Origin: Octopus sinensis
Lineage: Eukaryota
NCBI RefSeq assembly: GCF_006345805.1
Contig: NC_043016.1
Location: 11,842,001 to 11,906,000, forward strand
Direction of reading: 5' to 3'
DNA: 64,000 nucleotides
Shown one piece after another: positions 1 through 12,400 of the stretch. A model generated the notes under the pieces. The model had not been told where the DNA came from, did no database searches, and saw nothing but the letters and a program-made list of their open reading frames with translations. Position 1 is the first letter of the stretch, and every line of letters begins with the position of its first letter. The translations under genes were made by a program, and so were the position numbers.

Positions 1-297
1 CAATACTGATTTTCAAGGCAAAACACTGGACCAATAGAATAATAAATTAATTTTTAAAAAATTAATACTTTAAGCAATCAATGACAGTTTTCAAAGAACC
101 CTGTATATTATTTTTGAAACAACATTTTGTAATTAGAATATAATACTTGTCCCAATGGGATTTTTTTTTTTTTTTGTTGCTAAAAGCATTAAGTAATGCA
201 TTAAGTAGAAGAGTGGTTAAGACTGTTGCTGTCTTTAGTTTACAAATAAACTTTACTAATCTGAATTTAGATTGGTTAACAAATGTTAATACATATA

Positions 298-472
298 GGC
301 GCAGGAGTGGCTGTGTGGTAAGTAGCTTGCTAACCAACCACATGGTTCCGGGCTCAGTCCCACTGCATGACATCTTGGGCAAGTGTCTTCTGCTATAGCC
401 CCGGGCCGACCAATGCCTTGTGAGTGGATTTGGTAGACGGAAACTGAAAGAAGCCTGTCGTATATATGTATG

Positions 473-540
<68 letters not shown>

Positions 541-748
541 TTGTGTGTCTGTGTTTGTCCCCCTAGCATTGCTTGACAACCGATGCTGTGTGTTTACGTC
601 CCCGTCACTTAGCGGTTTGGCAAAAGAGACCGATGAAAATAAGTACTGGGCTTACAAAGAATAAGCCCCGGGTCGAGTTGCTCGACTAAAGGCGGTGCTC
701 CAGCATGGCCGCAGTTAAATGACTGAAACAAGTAAAAGAGTAAAGAGA
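298..748 (+). mobile_element. SINE family A (tRNA-like head, CORE-like segment, internal (TA)n(TG)n, AGTAAAAG tail), full length
   Basis: A-box-like TGGCTGTGTGG, B-box-like GGTTCCGGGCTCAGTCCC, CORE-like CTTGGGCAAGTG; near-identical copies recur across the window. Confidence 0.85.
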
Positions 749-863
749 GAGTCATTGATGATGAGTGGAGATCAAAACCTTAACAAGACATTAAATGTTT
801 TAATCTCTTCAAATAAGGTTAATAATATTAAAAATCATCATCTTCATTACTGAGCTCTGCTAA

Positions 864-1352
864 GCCATCGATCCACTTTGCCAGGGTCTTCTTTGTGAGG
901 GGGTTATGTTTCTGCTCCACAGAGGAGAATGGAGAAGACCAATGCATTGTAGATGCAAAGCTTTATCTTCTGGGAGACAGAACAATGGTGCCACCAATGC
1001 TTCCACAAAGTGATGAGAAGAACTTTACATAGAACCATCATATTTCCAACCTCATAGCCATCCACAGCAAGAACTGGTACAGCCACATCCTCTGCCACCT
1101 GCCAAATCATCCTACCAGAAGAGCCTTATTCCCATTTGATGTAGAGGCAGCAGGTTGGAAGAGGCCCTATGGCAGACTCCACACCATATAGCTGGACATG
1201 TTTAGGGAAGATCTTGATGTCATCTTGGAGGATGCTGAGTGGCGGGGACAGGATTGCCAGAGACGGGAAGCACTGGTGTACCTGGTCAGCTCTACACACA
1301 ATGACGCTTCTAGGAGCACTGACCTGGCAGGACCCCCACAAGTCCCATCAAG
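864..1352. mobile_element. Decayed RTE-clade LINE 3' fragment with inverted 5' part
   Basis: Minus strand ~1030-864: LWKHWWHHCSVSQKIKLCIYNALVFSILLCGAET*, then after a frameshift PLTKKTLAKWIDG. Plus strand ~1032-1310: ISNLIAIHSKNWYSHILCHLPNHPTRRALFPFDVEAAGWKRPYGRLHT. Both match consecutive RTE RT C-terminal motifs. Confidence 0.75.
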
Positions 1353-1405
1353 TAAGAGCATGAAGCAGCAAGCAGTAGCATCTTCTTTATAACTATCTCA
1401 CACAT

Positions 1406-1842
1406 TTAACCCTTTAGCATTTTAACTGGTCGTGTCCAGCCCAAATACTAACCAGTTTTATATTTAAACCAACCAAGTCTGACCAGGTCTAGCCTACCAG
1501 GAAATGTCTTTAAATTAACCTATCACACCACCAAAGTCTCAAAAGCTACAGGATAATATACAATGAATTGAAAACAATGTGAATAAACGAACATTACATT
1601 TGATAAAGTTATTTGAATATTAAAGGGTCAATCCTTTAGAATTTAAACTGGCCATATCCTAAATATTCTATTCGTTTTATGTTCTAACTGACCAAATCTG
1701 GCCTACCAGGCAATATATTTCTAAAACTAAACAATCACATCATCAAAATCTCAAAGCTATGAGATAATGCACAATTAATTCAAAACAGCATGTATAAATA
1801 AGCATTACATTTGACAAAATAATCTGGATGTTCCACAGTTAA
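1406..1842 (+). mobile_element. Head-to-tail dimer of piggyBac-type MITE family D
   Basis: TTAA-CCCTTTAGC start; junction AAAGGG-TCAA-TCCTTTAG at 1622-1639; second unit ends at TTAA 1839-1842; internal sequence matches 9068-9294. Confidence 0.75.
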
Positions 1843-2328
1843 ACATTTTAGAATAAGTTTGATTGTTTTGTTTTATCAAAAGGAAATATTTCTAACAAAT
1901 TATAAAGTTTAGATAATCTTCATTGCAAATGAAAATATCTATGAAAATCTGCCACACCACCAAACCATTTGTTGCAATCATGCAACAAAACTATTGTCTG
2001 GATGACAAAACAAAGAAAGAAGAGAAAAACTACAACTCATGCTACACTAAAAATATCCTAAAACAATATTAAGCAGTGCTCACTGAAAATTTCATTAAAA
2101 AAACTAATCATTAATCAATATTTAAATCAACGTTTCTGACTATCAGAGTTAATATCAGTTTCACATTAAAATTAATGAATTTGGATATGTTTGTATTGTG
2201 TTGAGTTAAAACCAAATCTGATATTGGGGAGTACTGACTCTTCATATTTTTCAGTTGTTGGACTGTGGGCCATGCTGGGGCACAGCCTTGAAGGGTTTTA
2301 ATTGACTGAATTGACACTAGTACTTATT

Positions 2329-2543
2329 TCAACCCTTTCATTACTATATTTCTGTTGAGATGCTCTGTGTTTCTTTCAATTAATTTTAAATATAACAAAG
2401 AATTTAGTTATCGTTAAGCTAGTGTTAGGAGCATAAATTGTGACTAAGGTTTGGTGGAAGATTTTAATTCAAATTATGAAAACAAGACATTTGTATTACA
2501 AAGCCAGAGGCAGTTTCAGCCAGGTTGGTGTTGAAAGGGTTAA
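2329..2543 (+). mobile_element. piggyBac-type MITE family E inserted in an old SINE A copy
   Basis: (T)CAACCCTTTCA ... TGAAAGGGTTAA termini; body matches 20587-20817. Confidence 0.75.
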
Positions 2544-2968
2544 AGTTTGATACTTATTCTATTAGTCACTTTTACTGAACTGTTAAGTAACAGGAATGTA
2601 AGCAAACCAACACCAGTGGTCAAGTGGTGGTGTGAGACAAACACAGGCAGGCAGACAGACAGACAGACACACACACAAATATAAAGGGAACTAGTGCAGA
2701 ATATAAAGACCCAAAAGAAAAATGATAAATCAGTTCTGAATTTTTACATTCTCAGCTCAAATCTGCTAACTCACTGCTTTTAATAAATCCTTTCCACTAC
2801 AGGAACAAGGCCTGAAATTTTGGGAGAGGGAATGGAGGGGGGGTGCTAACCTGTGACATCAACCTGAATACTCAACTGGCATTCATTCCATCAACCCCAA
2901 AAGGACGAAAGGCAAAGTCGACCTCAGTGAAATTTGAGCTCAGGACATAAAGACAAACGAAATGCCCA

Positions 2969-3245
2969 GTACTTATTCTATCGGTCTCTTTTGCCGAACC
3001 GCTAGGTAACGGGGACATAAACACACCAGCATCGGTTGTCAAGCAATGCTAGGGGGACAAACACATACACGCATATATATATACATATATACGACGGGCT
3101 TCTTTCAGTTTCCGTCTACCAAATCTACTCACAAGGCTTTGGTCGGCCCGAGGCTATAGTAGAAGACACTTGCCCAAGGTGCCATGCAGTTGTACTGAAC
3201 CCGGAACCATGTGGTTGGTAAGCAAGCTACTTACCACACAGCCTC
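2969..3245 (-). mobile_element. SINE family A, partial
   Basis: Reverse complement of family A head and body. Confidence 0.8.
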
Positions 3246-3885
3246 TCCTATTGCTTTTTTTAATTTTTTTTTTTTAATAATAATTAACCAAAATGAAGTA
3301 GATTGACAAATTTATTTTTTGAACCAGTTGATGACACAAGATGTCGAAATAGCGTTCACTAGATAACAATGGCACTCTTCTTTTAATTTTGACGAATAAT
3401 AATAATAATAATAATAATTGTGCCTGTATTAATGGGTGCATTGGAAACTGTGATTAAAAATATAGACAAATGGTTGAAGGTTGGAATAGAATGTCCTGAA
3501 GAGCTTCTATAGAAAAACTTTGCCTCTTAAGGACGAGAAAGATTATCAGGAGGGTTCTAAGCACTTGAAAGAGTATTGAAAGCTTGAGGATACTTAAGGT
3601 TACAGGTAGTAACCCACTACCCACATAAACCCTATCAGAGATAAGAACAGACCCGAGTCAAATTGTCAATAATAATTCTTTCTAATTTCTAATTTTTTGT
3701 ACAAGGCTAGCAAATTTGGGGTAGAGAGAGAGGACTCATCAATTACATTAACCCCAAAGTCCAACTGGTACTTATTTCAACCCAAAAAGGATGAAAAGCA
3801 AAGGATTTGACTCAAGAATGTAAAGGTGATGAAATGCCACCAAGCATTTTGTCCAGTGTGCTAACAATTCTGTCAGCTCACTGCC

Positions 3886-3919
<34 letters not shown>

Positions 3920-4963
3920 GAGCACTCAGAGAGCGCAAACCTCCACCAAGGCAACACCAACGTCCTTCTCAATGATTAGCCAGAGATGAGTTTTAAAATG
4001 AGAATATTTGAAATAAATTCGACTTCTCCCACAAACGAGAATACTAAAAATGAACCTGACTGCTCTCAAAAATTAAGTAAAAATACAGGAAAGATAATTC
4101 AGAATCCTTGTCTGGTACCGGATCAATCCCGAAACCTAATCAGTTCATGCCAGTCATGAGGCCAAACATCCCTGAAAGTTTCATTCGAATCCATCCAGCG
4201 GTTCTTGAGATATCTTGTCCATGGACAAACAAACAAGCATGACTGAAAACAATACCCCCACCTTAGTGAAGGCGATAATAATTAAACAAATAGTTACTGA
4301 AGGCGACTGAGGCTCTTCGTGAGTTGCTAGATATGTTCTTTATTAGCACACAAATCAAAATATTAGTCATAAATGAAAAAGAAAAACTTACGGAGAAACT
4401 ACAAAGAAGGTGGTTGTTATTGCACCACACTTATTCTATTATTCAAGAACATGCTCATAATGATTTTTGCTACTATATAACTTGTATGACTGATGGAGGA
4501 AATCTATAGACACCCAGGCACAATACAAATACATAAAGAGGTGTGGTTGTTGTTGAGAGAAAGAAAAGGGTAGGAGGGACTGTAAAAGAAGACAGTTTAG
4601 AAAGTTTTGTAATTCATCATGTTTTTTTGAATTCTGATAATATGCAAACAACTCATTATATATAGCCTGACAGATTCAACCATCTATCCATCTTCTCTAC
4701 CTACTAGAGGGTCATGGGTGAGGAGAGTCCTCAGGTACCACTTCCATTGGCTCCTATAAGAAGTAACCATCATTAGACTTTCCTGCCAACTGAAACTATG
4801 GCTATTATCCATTTTATTCCTGGTTTATCCCTAAGTCTCCTGCCAGTTGTGGGCCTAGTCCTCTGGCACTTTCTCCATAAGGTCGTACCAAAAACAACCA
4901 TCATTAAACTTTCTAGCTGGATTCCAAACCGTGACCAACTTAGACTTAGGATATTATCCAACC

Positions 4964-5199
4964 ATCGTGCCGGTGGCACGTAAAAAGCACCATCCGATCG
5001 TGACCGTTTGCCAGCCTCGTCTGGCACGTAAAAAGCACCCACAACACTCACGGAGTGGTTGGCGTTAGGAAGGGCATCCAGCCGTAGAAACATTGCCAGA
5101 TCAGACTGGGCCTGGTGCAGCCTTCTGGCTTCCCAGACCCCAGTTGAACCGTCCAACCCATGCTAGCATGGAAAGCAGATGCTAAACAATGATGATGAT
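4964..5199 (+). mobile_element. RTE LINE 3'UTR fragment (family C) with (GAT)n tail
   Basis: GGTGGCACGTAAAAAGCACC modules, GGCGTTAGGAAGGGCATCCAGC, ending GATGATGATG. Confidence 0.75.
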
Positions 5200-5470
5200 G
5201 GTCTATCCCAAAGTCTCCTGTCAGCTGGTTTGACTTGAAGAATCCGTCTTGCAAGTCTTTCCTGCAACATTCTAATTACTTGCTTGTATTATCTGAGCTG
5301 TGACTTTTCAAAGTGGAGAAGTAGTGGCTTGGCCTGGAGATACTCCCCGATCTCTGAACCACACACCCTGTCAAGTAATGTTACTCCAGATATCCTTCAG
5401 AGGACTCCAATTTTGGTCACTTGTATTCATGATCGCACTTTTCCAGTCATTACCCGACATTCATGAAATC
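5200..5470 (-). mobile_element. Decayed RTE LINE RT C-terminal fragment
   Basis: Reads HECRVMTGKVRS*IQVTKIGVL*RISGVTLLDRVCGSEIGEYLQAKPLLLHFEKSQLR*YKQVIRMLQERLARRILQVKP, typical of the RTE ORF end. Confidence 0.75.
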
Positions 5471-6069
5471 AAACTAGTTCGTAACTTTTGTAAAGTTCAA
5501 AATATGATAGTTCAAAATTAATAGGAAGGGCATCCAGTCATAAAAACTCTGCCAAACACAGACACAGAAGTCTGGTGCAGGCTTTTGCCTGGCCAGCTCC
5601 TGTCAAACCATCCAACCCATGCCAGAATGGAAGGTGGGCGTTGAATGATGATGAAGAGGATGAAAGATTAAGAAGCAGACAAAACAAAATTAAGTTTCAT
5701 CACCAGAGAAAACAGTAAAAAAAAACAAAAAGGGAGCTAATGAGGGAGCCTCTACACAACCATTAAACCTGCTAGTAACAGTAGCCAAATCTCTCTCAAA
5801 TCACCTTTTATTATAATTTTCTTTTTTACTTGTTTCAGTCAATGAACAACCATGTTGGGACACCAACACGAGTTTTGTTGAACAAATCAACCCCAGTACT
5901 TATTCTACTAATTCCATTTGAACTGCCAAGTTATGAGGAAGTAAATAAACCAACCCATTGTCAAACAATGGAGCGGGGAAGAGAGGGAGACAAACATAAA
6001 TGTGTGTGTGTAGGATGGAACCTACACTCGCTTCCTTATGAGAGCTCAAAATCTCTCGTGGAAGTGTCA

Positions 6070-6343
6070 TCCAAGTAAAATGCAAATATATGGGAAACTA
6101 CCACCTGTATCATCTCTTGTGAAAGGTAGAAGAGTCCAGTTTGCTGAACACGAGGCCATTTCTACTCTTCTCTGGAAGCCATCTACTCGCAACACCAGAG
6201 CGCGCACACTCTCCTACCCTGATGTAATCTCCAGGGATACAGGCATCCAGCAACAGGACCTCCGTAATGCTATGATGGACCATGAAGTCTGGCGTAGCAT
6301 AGTAAATTCCATTGTCTCGACCACGGTCGAACGATGATGATGA
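6070..6343 (+). mobile_element. RTE-type LINE 3' end with (GAT)n tail
   Basis: IYGKLPPVSSLVKGRRVQFAEH...LLWKPSTRNTRARTLSYPDVISRDTG...AMMDHEVWRSIVNSIVSTTVER*, then (GAT)n; a shorter copy lies at 20225-20335. Confidence 0.8.
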
Positions 6344-7092
6344 TGTGTGTATATATATAACATATGCATACATACAATGAGCCTCCACACAATTTCAAAC
6401 TATCAAGTCCACTCACAAGACATTGGTGAGCCCAGCGTTATAATAGGAGACACTTGCTCCAAGGTGCCACACGTTGGGACTGAACTGAAAACCACAGGGT
6501 TGCAAAGCGAGACCACACACCAAGACTTGTCCCTTACAAGCACGTATTACTGTACATTATGTGCCATGCTTTTGCTAAATTATTTTAGGGTCACTGTGTT
6601 AGTCTTGAGCTTTGCCATTTTCTTCAGTTCTTCCACCTTTGATCCAACGGAACAAAGGTCTGCTACTATAGCCCCAGGCCAAACAATGCCGTGTGAGTGT
6701 ATGTGTGTCAGTGTATGTGTGCACACAGGCGGGTGTGAGATGATGTGCACGGGCAGGGGTGATGGTGTGGGCACGATGTGTGAGATGGTGTGTGTGATGG
6801 TGTCTTTACGTTTGCGTGTGTCCCTCCACCACCACTTGACAACTAGTACTAGTGTGTTTACATCCTTGTAGTTTAGCAGTTTGGCAAAAGAAATAGAATA
6901 AGAGCCAGACTAAAAATAAAATATGTACTGGGGTAGAGTTGTGAAACAAAACCATTCAAGGTGGTGCTCCAGCATGGCAACAGTCCAGTGACTGAAATGA
7001 GTAAAAAAAATGAAGAAAAAAAAAGACAGACTAAGAAATAGAGTTTAAGAAAACTTCCAATGTGGCATATATATATATATATATATATATAT

Positions 7093-7270
7093 AAAGGGGA
7101 AAGTTTATGAAAATAAACAAAAGACGAAGGCAGGTGGAGTACAAACAAACAACTGTATTAGTATAGCGCTCAGGAATAGAAAAAGTCTTTTACGTTTCGA
7201 GCCTACGCTCTTCGACAGAAAGATACACAGAAAAAAACAAGGAGAGAAAAAAATGCGTGTAGTAGCTAAC
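7093..7270 (-). mobile_element. (TA)n-associated short element with minimal hammerhead-like motif (family H; probable Penelope pLTR derivative)
   Basis: Minus strand 7223-7186: TCTTT-CTGTCGA-A-GAGC GTAG GCTC-GAAAC-GTA-AAAGA; second copy at 51361-51575. Confidence 0.6.
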
Positions 7271-7399
7271 ATTCTATCATGGCAAAATCAATCCAGAGGA
7301 TATCATTGCTTATTTTGATTTTAATCACTTTATTTTGAAATTGTATGGATAATACCATATTCATCTGAATCTCTCTCTCATATATATATATATATTGGC

Positions 7400-7649
7400 A
7401 CGTCCGTGCCGGTGGCACGTAAAAAGCACCATCCAATTGTGGCCGTTTGCCAGCCTCGTCTGGCACCTGTGCTGGTGGCACGTAAAAAGCACCCACAACA
7501 CGCACGGAGTGGTTGGCATTAGGAAGGGCATCCAGCTATAGAAACACTGCCAGATCAGACTGGGCCTGGTGTAGCCTTCTGGCTTCCCAGACCCCAGTTG
7601 AACCGTCCAACCCATGCTAGCATGGAAAGCGGACGTTAAACGTTGATGA

Positions 7650-7651
<2 letters not shown>
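7400..7651 (+). mobile_element. RTE LINE 3'UTR fragment (family C)
   Basis: Two GGTGGCACGTAAAAAGCACC modules, conserved body, (GAT)n tail running into (TA)n. Confidence 0.75.
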
Positions 7652-7685
<34 letters not shown>

Positions 7686-8214
7686 ATGAAACAGTTACTA
7701 TGAAGCATTGTATAGAATATATTGTATAAAGGATCATGAGTAAGGCCAGAACAATGCAAAGTAAAAGCAAGGCATATCACACACACTAACACACACCTGC
7801 AACATTCGTTAATTTCTTGAGGACAGAGTCATAACCCTGAAATATTGAATGCAAGGTGAGTCTATATTAATTCATATATTTGTTTCCTTGTGATTTACCT
7901 TGTTTTTACTTTGCATTGTTCTGGCTTTACCCATGATCCTTTATATAATATATATATTGGTTTCAAATTTCGACACAAGGTCAGGAATTTTGGGGGAAGG
8001 AGGGCAAGTTGATTACATCGACCCCAATGCACAACTGGTACCACTTATATTTGGGCCCCAAGAGGATGAAAGGCAGAGTCAACTTCAGTGGAACTTGAAC
8101 TCAGAACATAATGACGGATGAAATGTTGCTAAACATTTTTGCCTGGCGTGCTAATGGTTCTGCCAGCCTGCCGCCATCAATTTGATAGATATGTTAGAAA
8201 AAAAAAAAAAATCA

Positions 8215-8524
8215 AGCCTCGGGCCAACCAAAGCCTTGTGAGTGGATTTGGTAGACAGAAACTGAAAGAAGCCCGTCGTATATATGTATTTATATATATG
8301 CGTGTGTTTGTGTTTGTGTGTCTGTGTTTGTCCCCCTAGCATTGCTTGACAACCGATGCTGGTGTGTTTATGTCCCCATTACTTAGCGGTTCGGCAAAAG
8401 AGACCGATAGAATAAGTACTGGGCTTACAAAAGAATAAGTTCCGGGGTCGATTTGCTCGACTAAAGGCGGTGCTCCAGCATGGCTGCAGTCAAATGACTG
8501 AAACAAGTAAAAGAGTAAAGAGAG
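8215..8524 (+). mobile_element. SINE family A, 5'-truncated
   Basis: Matches family A body and AGTAAAAGAGTAAAG tail. Confidence 0.8.
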
Positions 8525-8999
8525 TAACTAAATATCAGTATATCAACTGCTGTAAGTTTTCACCTCATATACACAAAATGTTTTTCAGTATACAAAATAT
8601 CATGAGGATAATTGGAACATATGTCAGACTATTATTTCCAAAATAATTTTTATTATAAAAAAATCAATAAAAAACAGAAACATCAAACAAAAAGTCTTTT
8701 TTTTTCTCAAAGCTATTTGCATAAACCATCTATCTATCCTATTAATTGATTCTAAATACCTACCTATTAACTGACTCTTATTCATTACAATAAAATTAAA
8801 ATTGTGTATATAAATTTTTTAAAATTGTTTGTTTGTTTTTTTTCTAGAATCTTTTTAGGTAAGGAGACGCTGTCCATAACTGTTTTTCAGGACCTCTAAG
8901 ATCGGTGAAGGGAAGGGAAGACGGTATTCTCAAACTGTAAACCTGGCCCAGAAGCTTACAACAGGGGTGGACTCCACTAAAGTTCCAGTAGTGAAAGTA

Positions 9000-9441
9000 T
9001 TAACCCTTTCGTTACCAACCTGGCTCTGGCTCTGTAGTACAAATGTCTTGTTTTCATAAGTTTTGCATTAACCCTTTAGTGTTTAAACCGGCCATATCTG
9101 GCCCAGATATTCTACATGTTTTATATTCAAACTGGCGATATCTAGCCTCTCACTCCTAACCTACAATGCCATTCTAAAAATAAACAATCACATCATTGAA
9201 ACCTCAAAGATATAAGATAATGTATGATAATTCAAAACAATTTGAGTGGAAAAGTATTACATTTAACAGAGTAATCTGAACACTAAAGGGTTAAAATATA
9301 CCATCAAACCTTAGTCGCAATTTATGTTCCTAATACTAGCTGAATGACAACTGAGTTATTTTACTTAATTCTTTGTTATATTTAAAATAATTGAAAGAAG
9401 CACAGAGCATCTCAAAATAAATACAGTAATGAAAGGGTAAA
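9000..9441 (-). mobile_element. piggyBac-type MITE family E interrupted by a family D MITE
   Basis: TTAACCCTTTCGTTACC start; outer halves join to give the reverse complement of 20587-20817. Confidence 0.85.
9068..9294 (+). mobile_element. piggyBac-type MITE family D, intact with TTAA target-site duplication
   Basis: TTAA|CCCTTTAGTGTT ... AACACTAAAGGG|TTAA; perfect TIR and duplicated TTAA. Confidence 0.9.
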
Positions 9442-12400
9442 ACAGGGTAATAAATTAAGACTGCCACCCCAGTAAGCCATGGCAGAATTTGAACCTGGAA
9501 CTCTAAGAGCAAAATATCACACTGCAAGGCAGTCTGTCTGACATTCATTCTTTACAATTCCACTGCTCTGGATCAGTAAACTTTTTACTGATCCTTGAAA
9601 GGATTAATAAAAGCAAAGTTAACCTGTGCTTGAGAAGCCCTATTGAGTCAAGTAAAATCGCTGTCATGGCCGATGCCAGTGCCGCCTGACTGGCACCCAT
9701 GCTGGTGGCACGTAAAAAAGCGTCATATGAGCATAATCAATGCTAGTGCTCCCTGACTGACCCTCATGCTGGAGGCATGTAAAAAACACCCACTACACTC
9801 TGAGTGGTTGATGTTAGGAAGGGCATCCAGCTGTAGATGCATGAATGCAGTCCTCAAACCGTCCAACCCATGCCAGCATGGATAGCGGACATTAAATGAC
9901 AATGATGATGAACCTCGGTGGAATTTGAACTTGAAACACAAGTGCCAATTTCCTACCTTACGGTATGGTATATTCCTAAATTGATGTCACCATGATTCTT
10001 GTCAAACCACTTTATGTAATTATGTTAAGGATCCCTGTACACCAGTAAATTTCCCCCTTCATAACATTCCAGGCAAACATTGATATTTGTTTTAATTCAA
10101 ATGCTACGCAATTTCTCAACATAACTAACTCAGTAGTTTCATTTTCAAGCACGGACATGTTTAGTCATAGGACTAAAATAATTTGAAATATTAATTTAAG
10201 GTTGGCCAACCAGTATGTTGTACTAATGCTTTTTTCTTTTTCTCTCTCTCTCTTTTGTTTTCCCCTCCCTACCAGTTTTTGGTATTTAATGTCTTGCAGA
10301 AGACAAACTACTTTAATAGTAAAACTATGATGTCTGTCCTGGCAAAACAGTTCAACAAAATCTTAAAAAGTAGAGCTTAGCATCAAATTTAAGAAGCATA
10401 AATTAAGTCATTTTGATTGTATCCAGAGTTTGTTGACAATAGCTAAAGCTGGTTTAAATCAACAAGATGACAAAAAAAAAAAAGGAAGACTTGTTTATAT
10501 ACTTACATCTTACATACACAAATATTACCAATATGTAGTAGGAAATGTGTAAACTAAAAAAGTTATCAAAGTCTTTTTGTTTCAATCTTATTTGCATACA
10601 ACAATTTCAAAACTGGTATCTATTCAACAATAATTTACCATCTTGTGAAGAAATTGCCTGACTTTGTTAGCCCAATCGTTTCATATGAATTAAATTCAAG
10701 GGTTAACAATATCTTAGTCCAAAGTTGTTTCCCAGTTCCAAACTACATGAATAGGCATACCCTTCATGTAATATTTTCAGCAGATCTCCAGCTGTCACAG
10801 TGTACTTACTACTAGTGTTCTTGGCAAAGCATGACAAATATTTTTTGATAATAGAAAGGCATCAAATCATGTGTTTGCTAATGAGAATTTACAAAGGAAC
10901 TTTGAAATTGCAATTAAAAAAAAGAATCTTTATGACTTACTGGAGCACTATTATGTCTGTTTGTCAGTACGAGGAGGAAAAGGTAACAATATCCAAAGCT
11001 CTGTTTTTAGGTTCTTTTTAAAAGGGTGAGACTAAATGGAATTGTGATAAATTTATAATACATCACAGCTCAACTTTATAGGTGCAGCCATAGTTAAGCA
11101 GTTAAGACAGTCACTTTGTGACCAAATGGGTTGGGTATTTGATCCCTTTGTGTAGGACCTTGAGCAAAACAAGCTTTTGCCTTGGGTTGACCAAAGTGGA
11201 TATAGAGTAGATATAACCAAAGCAAAATATTCAATTTGAATGAGGTTTTCAGAGAAAGTAGTGAAATAAGAACAGAACTAAGTTCCTTGAATATCTTCAG
11301 GCTTATGTGGTTGACAGGAGTAGAAGTTGTCATAGAAAATGGAATACAATTCAACAAAAGGTTGATTATTTGCAGAGAGAAATTTAAAAAATGAAAGAGA
11401 GACGGGGGTGGGGGCTTGCTTAATGTATGTATGTATGTGCGGATAATATCAATGGTACTGTCGGAGAGTTTCACATGGTTAACAATGCAGTTTTGATGAC
11501 AATTCCCATGACAAAACAGCACTGACTGAATGTGTTCCTAATGTGCACAAATTAGAGAATAACTAGCTTCCACCAGTATGCACAATCATATTAAAAGATC
11601 TCAAACTAGTGTATGTGCGTGAATCATCCACTTATCCGTGTGGGAAGGGACGATGAATAGGTGTCCGATGAGACACTGATTACGTTTTTATGTGGAGAGA
11701 TAATGTAGGTGTACAAACACGCACACACATATGTGATACTTTCATTTAGTCATGGACATGAAATGAAATGTAACATTTGGAGCAGTAGGTAGTAATACTT
11801 GATGCAAAGTCCACATTCTAATGATTTGGTCTTCATTGTCTTTTTAATTTGCTTCACACACCACCATGTCCTCAACACTTACCACAAGCTCTGAAATTAC
11901 AATTTTCCTCACTAGCTGTTAAACAAGGTATGATTAACCAAATATTTCAAATTCTTAACTATTATGTCCTTCAATTAAGAAAAAGAAGAAAAGAAAAAAA
12001 ATTTTATCTTTCATTTTATGAATTTGTAGTATTGTATGTATGTCAAAAAGCTAACTCTTTTGAGAGACCATATTCCTTATGAAATACTTCAATTAGTTTT
12101 TGAAGAAAAGAAAAGAATTTGGAAAGATTTAGTAAACTGATTTCTTTATTAATAAAGCTGCTGTTTAAAACATAACATGTTCTAATATATAATTAAAATA
12201 AGCTTTAAGTTAAATATGATCACTTTATTATGGACAAAATGGTTATAAGAAGGTTGAAAGGTGTTCAGATGACAAATGAAATGCTTTTAAATAAAACATC
12301 TGGATTCCAGACACTTCAGTAGTTAAGGAAAGCATAAAGAGGTATTTTGATTGATCCTAACAGAAATTCAAAAGCTGACATGAAACCACCTTTCATACTA

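Noticed and set aside
286-579. Recurrent MSSNARGTNT...CPRCHAVGLNPEPCGW ORFs (many copies)
   Set aside because: Antisense translations of SINE family A.
3320-3358. Possible fourth hammerhead (TGAAC-CAGTTGA-T-GACA CAAGA TGTC-GAAA-TAGC-GTTCA)
   Set aside because: Stems I and II pair, but the core has two substitutions and no proper stem III/NUH; single copy seen.
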